From: a virus
IMG/VR virus record: IMGVR_UViG_3300021087_000857
Location: 46,271-110,270 of that record
DNA length: 64,000 bases
Direction: 5' to 3' (one strand)
Below are positions 18,900 to 28,810 of this stretch, piece after piece (position 1 is the first letter of the stretch; each line of letters opens with the position of its first letter). The notes under the pieces were generated by a model, which saw only the letters and a list, made by a program, of their open reading frames with translations, searched no databases and was not told where the DNA came from. A program made the position numbers and the translations under genes.

Positions 18900-19797
18900 C
18901 CCAGATTTTGGAAAGACAGGAAACAGTGTATGGAACCAACCATACATGGATCACCTCAATGAAACATTCTTTCCTAACATAGATATATCAACACTGGCAG
19001 ACGAATCTAACATAATGTTAGACAGATATCAAGGCTGGATTGAAAGCAGTAAACTAAACAACTTTACTGGACTAGATGCATTTCCTTATAGGTTTGCAAG
19101 TGTAGGTACTACACAAACGCTAGACTGGTGGCACTACTATTGTTCAGTGAACAACCTTAACCTCAAAACATTTAGAGGTGAGTATCCATATAACAGAGAC
19201 GCATTGTTACACACAAATTTAGAATGGGGCGACAGTATTGATGACAAAGGATTAACACAAGGCGATGCAGTATTAGTAAGTGTACCATTCAGTGGTACTG
19301 GTAGAGTTCCAGAGCGTTTTGATGATATGATTAAAATATGTAATCAACTAAACATTCCAGTGTTGGTTGATTGTGCATGGTTTGGTACTTGCTTTGACAT
19401 AGATATAAACTTAGACGAGCCTTGTATTAAAATGGTAGCATTTAGTACTACCAAAGGATTAAGTTGTGGTAATTGGCGTGCGGGTATTACATTCTCACGC
19501 ATCAACGAAGGTAGCCTAGAAGTGCAAACAGATTGGAATCATGGAAACCATCTCAACACTGCAATTGCTAATAGGCTTATGGAAAAGTTTTCACCAGATA
19601 CTATTCCTAAAAAGTATATGGACTCACATGTAGCAATATGCGATCATTATGGATTTGAAATGACAAACACCATACACATTGCACTAGCACCTAGACATAC
19701 AGAATATGATGAGTTTCACAGAGATGGAATATACAACAGAATTAATATTTCAAAAGCATTAAAGCGTTATAAAAACAAAGGAACCTTTTATGAATAG
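18892..19797 (+). CDS. PLP-dependent fold-type I enzyme (aminotransferase-like)
   Basis: VLVDCAW; FSTTKGL (putative PLP lysine) followed by RAG. Confidence 0.7.
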   Translation: MSNPDFGKTGNSVWNQPYMDHLNETFFPNIDISTLADESNIMLDRYQGWIESSKLNNFTGLDAFPYRFASVGTTQTLDWWHYYCSVNNLNLKTFRGEYPYNRDALLHTNLEWGDSIDDKGLTQGDAVLVSVPFSGTGRVPERFDDMIKICNQLNIPVLVDCAWFGTCFDIDINLDEPCIKMVAFSTTKGLSCGNWRAGITFSRINEGSLEVQTDWNHGNHLNTAIANRLMEKFSPDTIPKKYMDSHVAICDHYGFEMTNTIHIALAPRHTEYDEFHRDGIYNRINISKALKRYKNKGTFYE

Positions 19798-20932
19798 GCT
19801 ACCTGCTAACGCATGTGCTTATCCATTTAAAGCAGAAATGCTTATGCATGGACAACCTGCAACTCCGTGTTGTAGATTCCATACAAGATTTTTGCCAGAC
19901 GATAAAAGTTTTACTGAAATACGTGAAACTATGATGCGTAATGAATGGCACCCAGGTTGTTATAAATGTAAGTCAGATGAAGAAGTAAAAGGTAGCAGTA
20001 TGAGAACTGATGCAGATGAATTCTTTGATGACTTTACAGATACAGTACGTTTAGAGTATTTAGAAATAACTGTAGGTAGACTTTGCAACTTAGCATGTTT
20101 AAGTTGTGGAGCAGAGTTTAGTCATACATGGGACAAGGATGAACTTGCATTGGGTATAAGTGACGAGGCCAAAATTGAGAAGTTAAAAGAAGTACAAGAA
20201 TATGATTTAGATAATTTAGATTTAGACAAACTAAAGCATGTTAAGTTTATTAAAGTAACAGGTGGCGAGCCGTTCTTACATAGACAGTTTTTAAACCTAG
20301 TTGTTAGACTAGCAGACAGTGGAATAGCAGAACAGATTGACTTAGAGATATTTACGAACTGTACATGGTTTCCAAAGAAACTTGAGCTTGATGCATTGTT
20401 AAAATTTAAGCGTATACAACTAAGTCCTAGTATTGATGGTGTAGGCACTACAAACGACCTTCTACGTTACCCTAGTAAGTGGGAAAATATAGAAGCTACA
20501 CTTGACAAGTGGATAGAAGTAAAAGACGCTACAGGACGCTTAAAAATAGCTACAGCCACCACTGTAAGCGTTATTAACGCTCCACAGCTACATGAGTTTA
20601 TACATTGGGCAAGAGTGCATAAAGGCATAGGAGTAATGCTACAAACAGTATATGAACCTCATTATTTAAGTGTAGAGCATTGGGGCAACGCATATAGGAA
20701 ATTATTAAAATTAACAGTAGACCAACAATACATGGGTTTTAATAAAAATGAAAGTAAATTTAGTGCTAGTTATAAATTATTAAATAACTTATGTTCAGTA
20801 GTAACTAACGCACAACAAGATAAGACAAAAGATTATATTGTGGAATTAAAAAGAATATTAGCACACAGAGGCCAAGACATAAGCATGGCTCCTAAGTTTG
20901 CAAATATATTAAGGCACATGAATTATGATTGA
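19790..20932 (+). CDS. radical SAM protein, N-terminal twitch (#6)
   Basis: CAYPF...PCC...CYKC; CNLACLSC; TGGEP. Confidence 0.9.
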   Translation: MNRLPANACAYPFKAEMLMHGQPATPCCRFHTRFLPDDKSFTEIRETMMRNEWHPGCYKCKSDEEVKGSSMRTDADEFFDDFTDTVRLEYLEITVGRLCNLACLSCGAEFSHTWDKDELALGISDEAKIEKLKEVQEYDLDNLDLDKLKHVKFIKVTGGEPFLHRQFLNLVVRLADSGIAEQIDLEIFTNCTWFPKKLELDALLKFKRIQLSPSIDGVGTTNDLLRYPSKWENIEATLDKWIEVKDATGRLKIATATTVSVINAPQLHEFIHWARVHKGIGVMLQTVYEPHYLSVEHWGNAYRKLLKLTVDQQYMGFNKNESKFSASYKLLNNLCSVVTNAQQDKTKDYIVELKRILAHRGQDISMAPKFANILRHMNYD

Positions 20933-22163
20933 TAAAGAAAAATTAAAACAAAGTAGCACATTTTGTATGTTACCGTTCATGCACATTTACGGAACAGCAG
21001 GAGGTGACATAGTGCCGTGCTGTGAAGCACAAGAAGTACCATTGAATGATCCAGGTGAGACAGCTCTTGAAAGCTGGAACAATGAAAACTATAAAGAGCT
21101 AAGACGAGCTTTGGCCAAGGACGAAAGACCAGAACGCTGTGCAGTGTGCTGGCATAACGAGGATAGTGGGATAGTAAGCAATCGTCAACAATGGGAACAA
21201 GACAACTGGAATGAATTTGCTGATATTATTGAAGTGAATGATGACTACAGTGTAAACAATCCACCTATATGGATTGAACTTAAAGTAAGTAATTTTTGTA
21301 ACTTAAAGTGTATAATGTGTAGCACACATAGTTCTTATAAACGTGTAAAGGACTTAGACATTATAACAAAGTACCAAGATAGTGGACACGAAACAAGATT
21401 ACTTAGACCAACTACTTTGTTTGACTCTTTAAATGAGTGGCCAGAATTATGGGAACATGTACACACCTTACAGTTTACAGGTGGTGAGCCTATTATTAAT
21501 CAAGAACACTATGATTTGTTAGAGTCAATTCCACAACATTTAAAGCATAAAATAAAATTACGTTATGCTAGTAATTTAAGTCATATAAAATTTAAAAAGT
21601 ATGATCTAGTTAAAATTTGGAATGAATTTAAAACTGTTAATATTAAAATAAGTATGGACGGTGTAGGAGATGTGTATAACTTTATCCGTCAAGATGGTGA
21701 TTGGGATAATGTATATGCTAACATGATGGTACTTGACAGTGAGCCAACAATAGACGTGGCAGCTGGTATTACAATTCAAGCTCATAATATATACCATATG
21801 CCTGAGTTCTATGCTTTTTGGAAAAACAGTGATGTTAAACTTAGGTTCATTACTGCTAATATTTTACAAACACCAAGATACTTAGCACCAAGTGTATGGC
21901 CAGAAGAATACAGAGAAGCCATTATTAATAAACTAAAGGGTGCTTTAGATGAACATCCTGAAATGCAAAAATTCATTACGTATATGGAAAACAATCAACC
22001 TAATATACGTGACTATGCAAAGATGAGAAAGTATAACAGAGATATAGAAGCACGATATCCAAAAGAAGTAACGTTAGCATCAATGCTTGACAAACACTTA
22101 AACATGCAACCAGAGAATATGGAAGCAGTGCATAATAGATTATTGAAAGCAGAAAATAAATGA
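20925..22163 (+). CDS. radical SAM protein, N-terminal twitch (#7)
   Basis: CMLPF...PCC...CAVC; CNLKCIMC; TGGEP. Confidence 0.9.
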   Translation: MIDKEKLKQSSTFCMLPFMHIYGTAGGDIVPCCEAQEVPLNDPGETALESWNNENYKELRRALAKDERPERCAVCWHNEDSGIVSNRQQWEQDNWNEFADIIEVNDDYSVNNPPIWIELKVSNFCNLKCIMCSTHSSYKRVKDLDIITKYQDSGHETRLLRPTTLFDSLNEWPELWEHVHTLQFTGGEPIINQEHYDLLESIPQHLKHKIKLRYASNLSHIKFKKYDLVKIWNEFKTVNIKISMDGVGDVYNFIRQDGDWDNVYANMMVLDSEPTIDVAAGITIQAHNIYHMPEFYAFWKNSDVKLRFITANILQTPRYLAPSVWPEEYREAIINKLKGALDEHPEMQKFITYMENNQPNIRDYAKMRKYNRDIEARYPKEVTLASMLDKHLNMQPENMEAVHNRLLKAENK

Positions 22164-22336
22164 ATCGTAAATTAAAAATTAGTGGCGCTGAAGTGCCTGC
22201 ATACGACATAGCAATTATATTAAAAGTAGCGACTAAATGTCCTGGAAAATGGAAACTAACAGACATGGAAACTGGAGAGGAATATATTGGACAATTACCC
22301 ACTGAAGAAGATACACATCACTGGAAAAAAATATAG
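22160..22336 (+). CDS. small hypothetical protein (58 aa, not in ORF track)
   Basis: MNRKLKISG...TKCPGKWKLTDMETGEEYIG...WKKI*; fills the gap exactly. Confidence 0.7.
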   Translation: MNRKLKISGAEVPAYDIAIILKVATKCPGKWKLTDMETGEEYIGQLPTEEDTHHWKKI

Positions 22337-22621
22337 ATGATTAAAGTTTTCTTTATAGCAAAAATGAAATCACCAATGCCAAGTGAGTATTTACAGATGA
22401 GTAAAAAGATGAGAGAACTAGCAGAAGCTCATCCTGGCTTTATAGATATTACTAGTGAAGAACATGGTGACATTGAGATTACTATTAGTAGTTGGCGTAG
22501 TAAAGAAGATGTAATGGATTGGGCCAATAACCCAGAACATATGAAAGCAAAACAAAGATCAAAGGAATGGTACGAATGGGTACGAGGAATACATGTAGAG
22601 GCAGTAGATGAAAAAAGGTGA
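22337..22621 (+). CDS. antibiotic biosynthesis monooxygenase (ABM) family protein
   Basis: PGFI, ITISSWRS, WANNPEHMKA, WY. Confidence 0.8.
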   Translation: MIKVFFIAKMKSPMPSEYLQMSKKMRELAEAHPGFIDITSEEHGDIEITISSWRSKEDVMDWANNPEHMKAKQRSKEWYEWVRGIHVEAVDEKR

Positions 22622-23894
22622 AAAAGATTGGGATTATCAATTCGTAAGTGATTGCGAAATTGTAAATGTTTTTATACCAAAGAACACACATCTTAGTGGC
22701 TATGAAGAATTAAAACAAAAACTACAAATGCTACAACAAGTAGAATGTGATAATCACTTGACATCAAGTATAGTTAACTTGTATAATACTAGTAGCATTA
22801 GTTGGATAGAACATGTTAGAAAAATGGGACACAAGTATGTTGCATTTTGGTTTGATGGATGTTGGCCTAAAACAGATGGAATTGAAAAGAAAATATTAAC
22901 TTATATAAATCGCTTAGAAAAAAATGATTGGATTACAGCAGTACATCCAAAGTATGTGGATAGTTTAATGTTATTAAACATAGATGAATTCATAGCCTGG
23001 CCTGCCAAAGCACCAAACTTTGGAAGGTATGACTTTTGGGCTGAAAATTGGCTAGGAGATTCAACAGTAGAATTAAGTAAAACTATAGAAAGAAACATTG
23101 TAGTGGGTGCTCCAAGAACAGATCCAGTTAACTTTTTAAATGGATTAATGAACAAAAAGTATACTGATCATACGATAGCAAGAGGGGCCAGAGTTATTAT
23201 TAAACGTAAGAATATACCCAGTAGTCCTATCTATTTTGTTAATACAGAGCCCAGTAGTCCTACAGTAGCAGACCCTATAAAAAACAGTATATTTGAGCAA
23301 TATGTGGGTGCTACAGCCGGGTTTAAACTGCTATATTACGCTTATACGTACGGTTTAGATATAGACAGTACAAAGTTCGTATGGTACGATTTCGACGCTT
23401 ACAGCGTTAAATTTAAGCGTCTAATGGTGGAAAAATGGGACGGTTTTGACTATCCAGCGTTTGTTAAGCAGTTTTGTGAAGATAATCCAGATGCAAATAC
23501 ATTATTGCTAAAACAAGTAGACAAACAATGGTTAAATATAGTAGAACAGTTCGGTGGAATGGATAATTGGTTAGATTTTTGGGTACAAGTAAAGCTATGC
23601 AAACACGAGTTTTTGGAAGTAGATCTTGTAAATGATCATCAACAAATAACAGATTTATTAGATAATGAATCAAGTACTTTCTTTTGGGCAAGCAATATAT
23701 ACAGTTATGTATTGCTAAAAGTTATGAGTGAGCCTTTTAAACTAGAAACTAGTTTTGCTGACTTAATAATAAGATTGCAACAAATAAACAAGTGCTGGTT
23801 CTCTGGAACTGATCCAAATGATAACGATTTAACGTGTGATGTTAAATGGGTGCTTGGATACAGTACCAACGATAGTATAGGAATGGGAATATAA
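22608..23894 (+). CDS. hypothetical enzyme, paralog of 23894..25315
   Basis: YFVNTE, VWYDF, WDGFDY, WASNIY motifs are shared with the next gene. Confidence 0.7.
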   Translation: MKKGEKDWDYQFVSDCEIVNVFIPKNTHLSGYEELKQKLQMLQQVECDNHLTSSIVNLYNTSSISWIEHVRKMGHKYVAFWFDGCWPKTDGIEKKILTYINRLEKNDWITAVHPKYVDSLMLLNIDEFIAWPAKAPNFGRYDFWAENWLGDSTVELSKTIERNIVVGAPRTDPVNFLNGLMNKKYTDHTIARGARVIIKRKNIPSSPIYFVNTEPSSPTVADPIKNSIFEQYVGATAGFKLLYYAYTYGLDIDSTKFVWYDFDAYSVKFKRLMVEKWDGFDYPAFVKQFCEDNPDANTLLLKQVDKQWLNIVEQFGGMDNWLDFWVQVKLCKHEFLEVDLVNDHQQITDLLDNESSTFFWASNIYSYVLLKVMSEPFKLETSFADLIIRLQQINKCWFSGTDPNDNDLTCDVKWVLGYSTNDSIGMGI

Positions 23895-25315
23895 TGGGTT
23901 CACAATTAAGACTAACAATGAGAGAAAAAGAAATATGTCACTTATCAATGCAGGAAGTGATGTGTAGAGAAATTGAAGAACAAGCATCAGATAATTATAT
24001 ATCTGTGTTAAAGATGGGAACAGATTGGAATATCAATCTTGCTACAGATGGATCTTTTATACATGGAGTTAGACTAGATGACTTAGAACAAACATTAAAA
24101 GATTTAAAACATTTTGGATTTAAGGTAGCGGTTATTTGGGCAGAGGGCAGTTGGCCACATGACAGTGCTATTGACGAAGAAATATTAAAATCAGTAGAAG
24201 AATGGGATAAAGAAGACTGGGGATGTGCAGGGCATATCTTAGATAGACCAGGAAGACAAAATCCTATATTTCATCATCAATGTGTTATTATTAACTTGCG
24301 AAAACTTACAAGAATTATAGAATGTAGAGTACGTGAGTATGAAGCAAGTCCTGAACACTTCCATGATGATTATACTCCTAAATGGATTCAACCTGCATCA
24401 GAAAACTATATACCAAATAGTAGTTGGAAAAGTCACCAAGAAGCAAAAAAACCATATAACTTATTCAATCGTATATTACGATCATCGTTAGATGTAGGAC
24501 TAAAAGTTTTTAACTTAGATTATAACATAAGAAATTTTAAAGTATGTACGTATCCCGAAGATGATATTAAATGGACAGAAGGTGAGATAGTTAAAACATA
24601 CGAACATGCAGATCGTATATGGAATATAAAAGATCAATATGAGGATAAAGTTCCACTACTTGAATTTAAAATACAAGACTCATGTGTTGTATATATTCTT
24701 AATACAGAATCAGCACCACATGTAATTGTAGACGATATACAAGTAATGGTATGTCCATGTAGTGGATTGCATCAATTTAAATATATAGAAAAAAGTTTAG
24801 ATGTAATGGAACTAATAGTATGGGCAGATTATAGTCCTTTCGCTGTTGCTTGGATGGAAATTCTAGTACGAGAATGGGATGGAAAAGACTTTATGAAATT
24901 CTTTGAAACAAACAAACATAGATTACAGTTTGATGGTACATTTGAACTTGGAGAAAACACACATGGTCCAATTGGAACATGGGAAAAGTTTATGGCCAGC
25001 TTTGATAGTCAAGAGCAGTGGCTAGAAGTGTGGGGCAAGATACAAAATTTAGAACATCAATTTGAAGCAGTCAACCTAATAGAAGATTCTAATAAGATTA
25101 TAAAGTTGATACCACATAATAAAAATGTATTACTTCAATGTAGCAATATATTTTTATACGAATCAAATTACTTTAGTAAAGGGTTAGATACTTTATTTAA
25201 CGGTATTTCATACATAAGAAATGTACAGAACATTTCAAATAAAGTTTATTTTAATGGTGACATGAACGGAAGCTATTATAATATGGCAAATATGAATAGG
25301 CGAAAATTGATATGA
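23894..25315 (+). CDS. hypothetical enzyme, paralog of 22608..23894
   Basis: YILNTE, VWADY, WDGKDF, CSNIF. Confidence 0.7.
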   Translation: MGSQLRLTMREKEICHLSMQEVMCREIEEQASDNYISVLKMGTDWNINLATDGSFIHGVRLDDLEQTLKDLKHFGFKVAVIWAEGSWPHDSAIDEEILKSVEEWDKEDWGCAGHILDRPGRQNPIFHHQCVIINLRKLTRIIECRVREYEASPEHFHDDYTPKWIQPASENYIPNSSWKSHQEAKKPYNLFNRILRSSLDVGLKVFNLDYNIRNFKVCTYPEDDIKWTEGEIVKTYEHADRIWNIKDQYEDKVPLLEFKIQDSCVVYILNTESAPHVIVDDIQVMVCPCSGLHQFKYIEKSLDVMELIVWADYSPFAVAWMEILVREWDGKDFMKFFETNKHRLQFDGTFELGENTHGPIGTWEKFMASFDSQEQWLEVWGKIQNLEHQFEAVNLIEDSNKIIKLIPHNKNVLLQCSNIFLYESNYFSKGLDTLFNGISYIRNVQNISNKVYFNGDMNGSYYNMANMNRRKLI

Positions 25316-26061
25316 TACACTACAATAATTTAGCATGGTGGGAAGAGCCTAATGAAGAAACAATAGAATACTTTGAAACATGGGAAAATTTTAAAACAAA
25401 TCCTGCATCAGCGGATAGCAATCAACTAGATACAACAGATCTAAATAACATAATGGACAACACTAATGTTCCATGGGTTACTATGCCAGATATACCTGTG
25501 CCGTGGAAAGACATACATTCTGAAGCAATAGCATTATTAGAAACTGAATGTTTTTCATTACATAGAGCAGTAGGCAGTGGCGGCTGGTTAAGTCTGTGTG
25601 TGCATGGAATGAGTAGTGTGCATACAAATTGTCCAGAAGATTATAACTTACCAGATGAGGCTGAATATGAATTAAGTGATTGGACTGATATTAGTAAATT
25701 TACACCACGTACTAAAGAATGGATGCAAGATGAAATGTTGTATGAAAGATTTAGTCGTGTAAGATTTATGGCAGTATTACCAGGTGGTTGGATTATGCCA
25801 CATAAGGATACTGAAAAATTATCAGGCCTTGGTGCAACTAATGTTTCTATCAATAACCCAAAAGGTTGCGACTTAGTAATGGAAGAATATGGAACATTGC
25901 CATATGAGAATGGGCTTGTAGTAAAGATTAATACAGGACACAATCATGCAGTATGGAATCGTAGCAACGAGCCACGTATACATATGATATTTGACGGTGA
26001 TCCAAGCAAGCAATTTAAAAATAAAGTAAACGAAAACTATGCCAAGATGTTCAATATTTAA
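25312..26061 (+). CDS. Asp/Asn beta-hydroxylase-like 2OG-Fe(II) oxygenase
   Basis: RVRFM..PGGWIMPHKD; HAVWN; RIHMI. Confidence 0.8.
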   Translation: MIHYNNLAWWEEPNEETIEYFETWENFKTNPASADSNQLDTTDLNNIMDNTNVPWVTMPDIPVPWKDIHSEAIALLETECFSLHRAVGSGGWLSLCVHGMSSVHTNCPEDYNLPDEAEYELSDWTDISKFTPRTKEWMQDEMLYERFSRVRFMAVLPGGWIMPHKDTEKLSGLGATNVSINNPKGCDLVMEEYGTLPYENGLVVKINTGHNHAVWNRSNEPRIHMIFDGDPSKQFKNKVNENYAKMFNI

Positions 26062-27010
26062 AAACGGTGTAACAATAGGACCTACTGGAGCAGTAAGGCC
26101 TTGTTGTGCATTTCAGGTAAAAGAAGGAACAAATAATTTATTTTGGGATGATGATTGGGAAACACGTCATGCTGAATGGAGTAAGCGTAGCGAAACACAA
26201 TGGCTAGACGAATGTGCTGAATGTAAACTAAGCGAAGAACTAACAGGAAATAGTTTACGTAAAATATACAATAAGCAATTTGATAACGAAGTAGGCATTA
26301 AACATTGGGATTTAAAAATAAACAATACTTGCAACTTTGCTTGCAGAATGTGTAATCAAACAAGCAGTAGTACATGGGCAAAAATACTTAAAGAAAATCA
26401 ACAAGAGAATTGGCACCCTCAATTTGGAAAATTAAAAGATAGAAGTTGGGTAAAACAATCACTAGATTTTACTCATCAAATGTTAGATGCAAAGATTGTA
26501 AAATTTACTGGCGGTGAACCATTTATGATACCACAAGTAAAGAAGATCATACAACGATTAGTAGATGAAGATGTTGCACCTGCAATCGAATTACATTTAA
26601 TAACAAATGGAAGTTATGATATGACTACATGGAATCATTACTTTGAAAAATTTAAACAAGTTCATGTTAATATAAGCATAGAAGCAGTAGGTAAACGATA
26701 TGAGTATATAAGACCTGGATCTAGTTGGATTACAACTAGTGACAATGCAGTTAAATTTAATAAGTATAAACCAAAGAATACATATTTAAGTGTGTCTATA
26801 CTTCCTATGGTATTTAATAGAAACAATTTAGATGATGTAGCAACTTGGTGTAAAGACAATAAAATTAGATATGATGTTTCTACACCTGTAATAAAGCCTG
26901 CGTTCATGTCGCCAAATGCTATGGAAGATGAAATATTAAAAAAAGAATTAATAGAGCAGAGTGAAATTATGGATAAAATACATGGAACAGATTATCATGA
27001 CTTTATTTAA
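26039..27010 (+). CDS. radical SAM protein, N-terminal twitch (#8)
   Basis: C...RPCC...CAEC; CNFACRMC; TGGEP. Confidence 0.88.
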   Translation: MPRCSIFKNGVTIGPTGAVRPCCAFQVKEGTNNLFWDDDWETRHAEWSKRSETQWLDECAECKLSEELTGNSLRKIYNKQFDNEVGIKHWDLKINNTCNFACRMCNQTSSSTWAKILKENQQENWHPQFGKLKDRSWVKQSLDFTHQMLDAKIVKFTGGEPFMIPQVKKIIQRLVDEDVAPAIELHLITNGSYDMTTWNHYFEKFKQVHVNISIEAVGKRYEYIRPGSSWITTSDNAVKFNKYKPKNTYLSVSILPMVFNRNNLDDVATWCKDNKIRYDVSTPVIKPAFMSPNAMEDEILKKELIEQSEIMDKIHGTDYHDFI

Positions 27011-27011
27011 A

Positions 27012-27018
27012 ATAAATA
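27012..27018 (+). promoter_or_regulatory. late-type promoter motif ATAAATA
   Basis: In a short intergenic gap before the AAGGA-ATG of 27034. Confidence 0.45.
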
Positions 27019-27033
27019 TTAATAAGGAAAATA

Positions 27034-28251
27034 ATGACTAAAAAATTACCAAGCGATACATTTTGTGTATTACCATTTATGCACGCCGCAGTTAACCCTG
27101 GCGGTGGCTTTCGTGTTTGTTGTAACAGTAACCCTGCTAACAACAAAGTATTAAAAGACGATGGCAGTGGCAAAGCATATAGAATATTCAAAGATGATAT
27201 CAATGATGTATGGAACAGTGAATGGTATAAAAACATTCGCAAAGAGTTTATAGACGGAGAGCGTCCAGAAACATGTCAAAGATGTTTCCGTGAAGAAGAT
27301 GCAGGTATACGTAGCCCACGCATAGGTTACAATGAGAAGTGGTATAAAGACAATGTAAAAGTAGCAGAAGAAATACCATTGGATATTCGTTATGTAGACT
27401 TGCGTTTAGGTAACTTGTGCAACTTAAAATGTAGAATGTGTAACCCATGGAGTAGTAGCATGTGGGTTAAAGACTGGAATAAAGTAACTGGACTTGCAGA
27501 GCTTACACCCAATGAGCCACTAAACAGTGACGAACTAGACTTTATGGAAATTATGAAAGTATGGCCGGACCGTAAACAAACTGGATTAAACTTTGTAGAA
27601 ATAGCACATACAATTGAAGAGATTTACTTAACAGGTGGTGAGCCTACACTTGCAACTAGTCAATATGCATTATTTGATTACTGTATTGAAAATGAACTAG
27701 CAGGTAATATTAAACTAAAGTACAACACTAACCTTACAAATATCCCACAAAAGATGATTGATTACTGGAGTCACTTTAAAGGTGTGCAACTTAATTGTAG
27801 TATTGATGCAACTGGTGATAGAGATAGATATGTTAGGTATCCAAGTAGCTGGGGTAAAATAGTAGAAACATTTGATAAACTATTAGCACTACCTAATGTG
27901 TACATTCAGGTGCATTGCACAGTACAAGTATTAAATATGTGTGCTATGAGTGAACTGTTTGATTGGACACGAAGCAAAGGTATTCCTGACAAAGACATAT
28001 ATTTAAATATTCTTAATCACCCAGAAATGTATAACATACGTTCTCTACCTAAAGAACTAAAACAGCTCGCCGAGCAAAACTTACAACCTTATTTAGACAT
28101 ACCAAAAGTAGCAGACTGTATCAAGTATATGTGGTCCGAAGATTGGTACGAAAAGCGTTGGAAAGAGTTTGTAGACTTTAACACAAAAACAGATGATTTA
28201 CAAAAAGGTAACTTGTTAGATGTATGTCCGGAGTTTACTAATTATGTATAA
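27034..28251 (+). CDS. radical SAM protein, N-terminal twitch (#9)
   Basis: CVLPF...VCC...CQRC; CNLKCRMC; TGGEP. Confidence 0.9.
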   Translation: MTKKLPSDTFCVLPFMHAAVNPGGGFRVCCNSNPANNKVLKDDGSGKAYRIFKDDINDVWNSEWYKNIRKEFIDGERPETCQRCFREEDAGIRSPRIGYNEKWYKDNVKVAEEIPLDIRYVDLRLGNLCNLKCRMCNPWSSSMWVKDWNKVTGLAELTPNEPLNSDELDFMEIMKVWPDRKQTGLNFVEIAHTIEEIYLTGGEPTLATSQYALFDYCIENELAGNIKLKYNTNLTNIPQKMIDYWSHFKGVQLNCSIDATGDRDRYVRYPSSWGKIVETFDKLLALPNVYIQVHCTVQVLNMCAMSELFDWTRSKGIPDKDIYLNILNHPEMYNIRSLPKELKQLAEQNLQPYLDIPKVADCIKYMWSEDWYEKRWKEFVDFNTKTDDLQKGNLLDVCPEFTNYV

Positions 28252-28810
28252 GATATTATGTACAGGAAATCCAGAGTTTGGAGTAGCAAGTGCTATAGCA
28301 GAACGCTGGCCTGATACAACATTTGTTAATAGAACAGATTGGGGCTACGATTTAACGCAAAATGGCTATAAAACTAAGTTAGCCGAAAAGGCTCTTAATT
28401 ATGACGTCTTTATTAACTGTAGTGCATTATGGCAGTACCATCAAACTTTGCTACTAGATGTAGTCTATAAGAACGCCTTAAAGAACCTTAAACGACTGCA
28501 TATAGTGTCGTTGGGCAGTACAACAGACAGAGCTACCAAAGGTAGCGATTGGCATTATCAACAAGAAAAGAAGGCTTTGCGTAGTACAAGCAACGCATTA
28601 GGGTTAAAAAGCATTTGGGCTGGTGGACCTAAAGTAAGTTATGTTACATTCGGTACATTAGAAAACAATGCACACAAGCATCCAGGCAGAGCAGTAATGC
28701 AGTTAAATGATGCAGTAGACATGATTGAGTATGTAATTAATATGCCATATCATTTAAATGTAAATGAACTAAGTATAGACCCTATACAGACGGATTGGCC
28801 AAATGAATAA
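28244..28810 (+). CDS. short-chain dehydrogenase/reductase-like protein
   Basis: ILCTGNPEFGVA, DVFIN, YQQEK (YxxxK). Likely start MYKIL at 28244. Confidence 0.7.
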   Translation: MYKILCTGNPEFGVASAIAERWPDTTFVNRTDWGYDLTQNGYKTKLAEKALNYDVFINCSALWQYHQTLLLDVVYKNALKNLKRLHIVSLGSTTDRATKGSDWHYQQEKKALRSTSNALGLKSIWAGGPKVSYVTFGTLENNAHKHPGRAVMQLNDAVDMIEYVINMPYHLNVNELSIDPIQTDWPNE

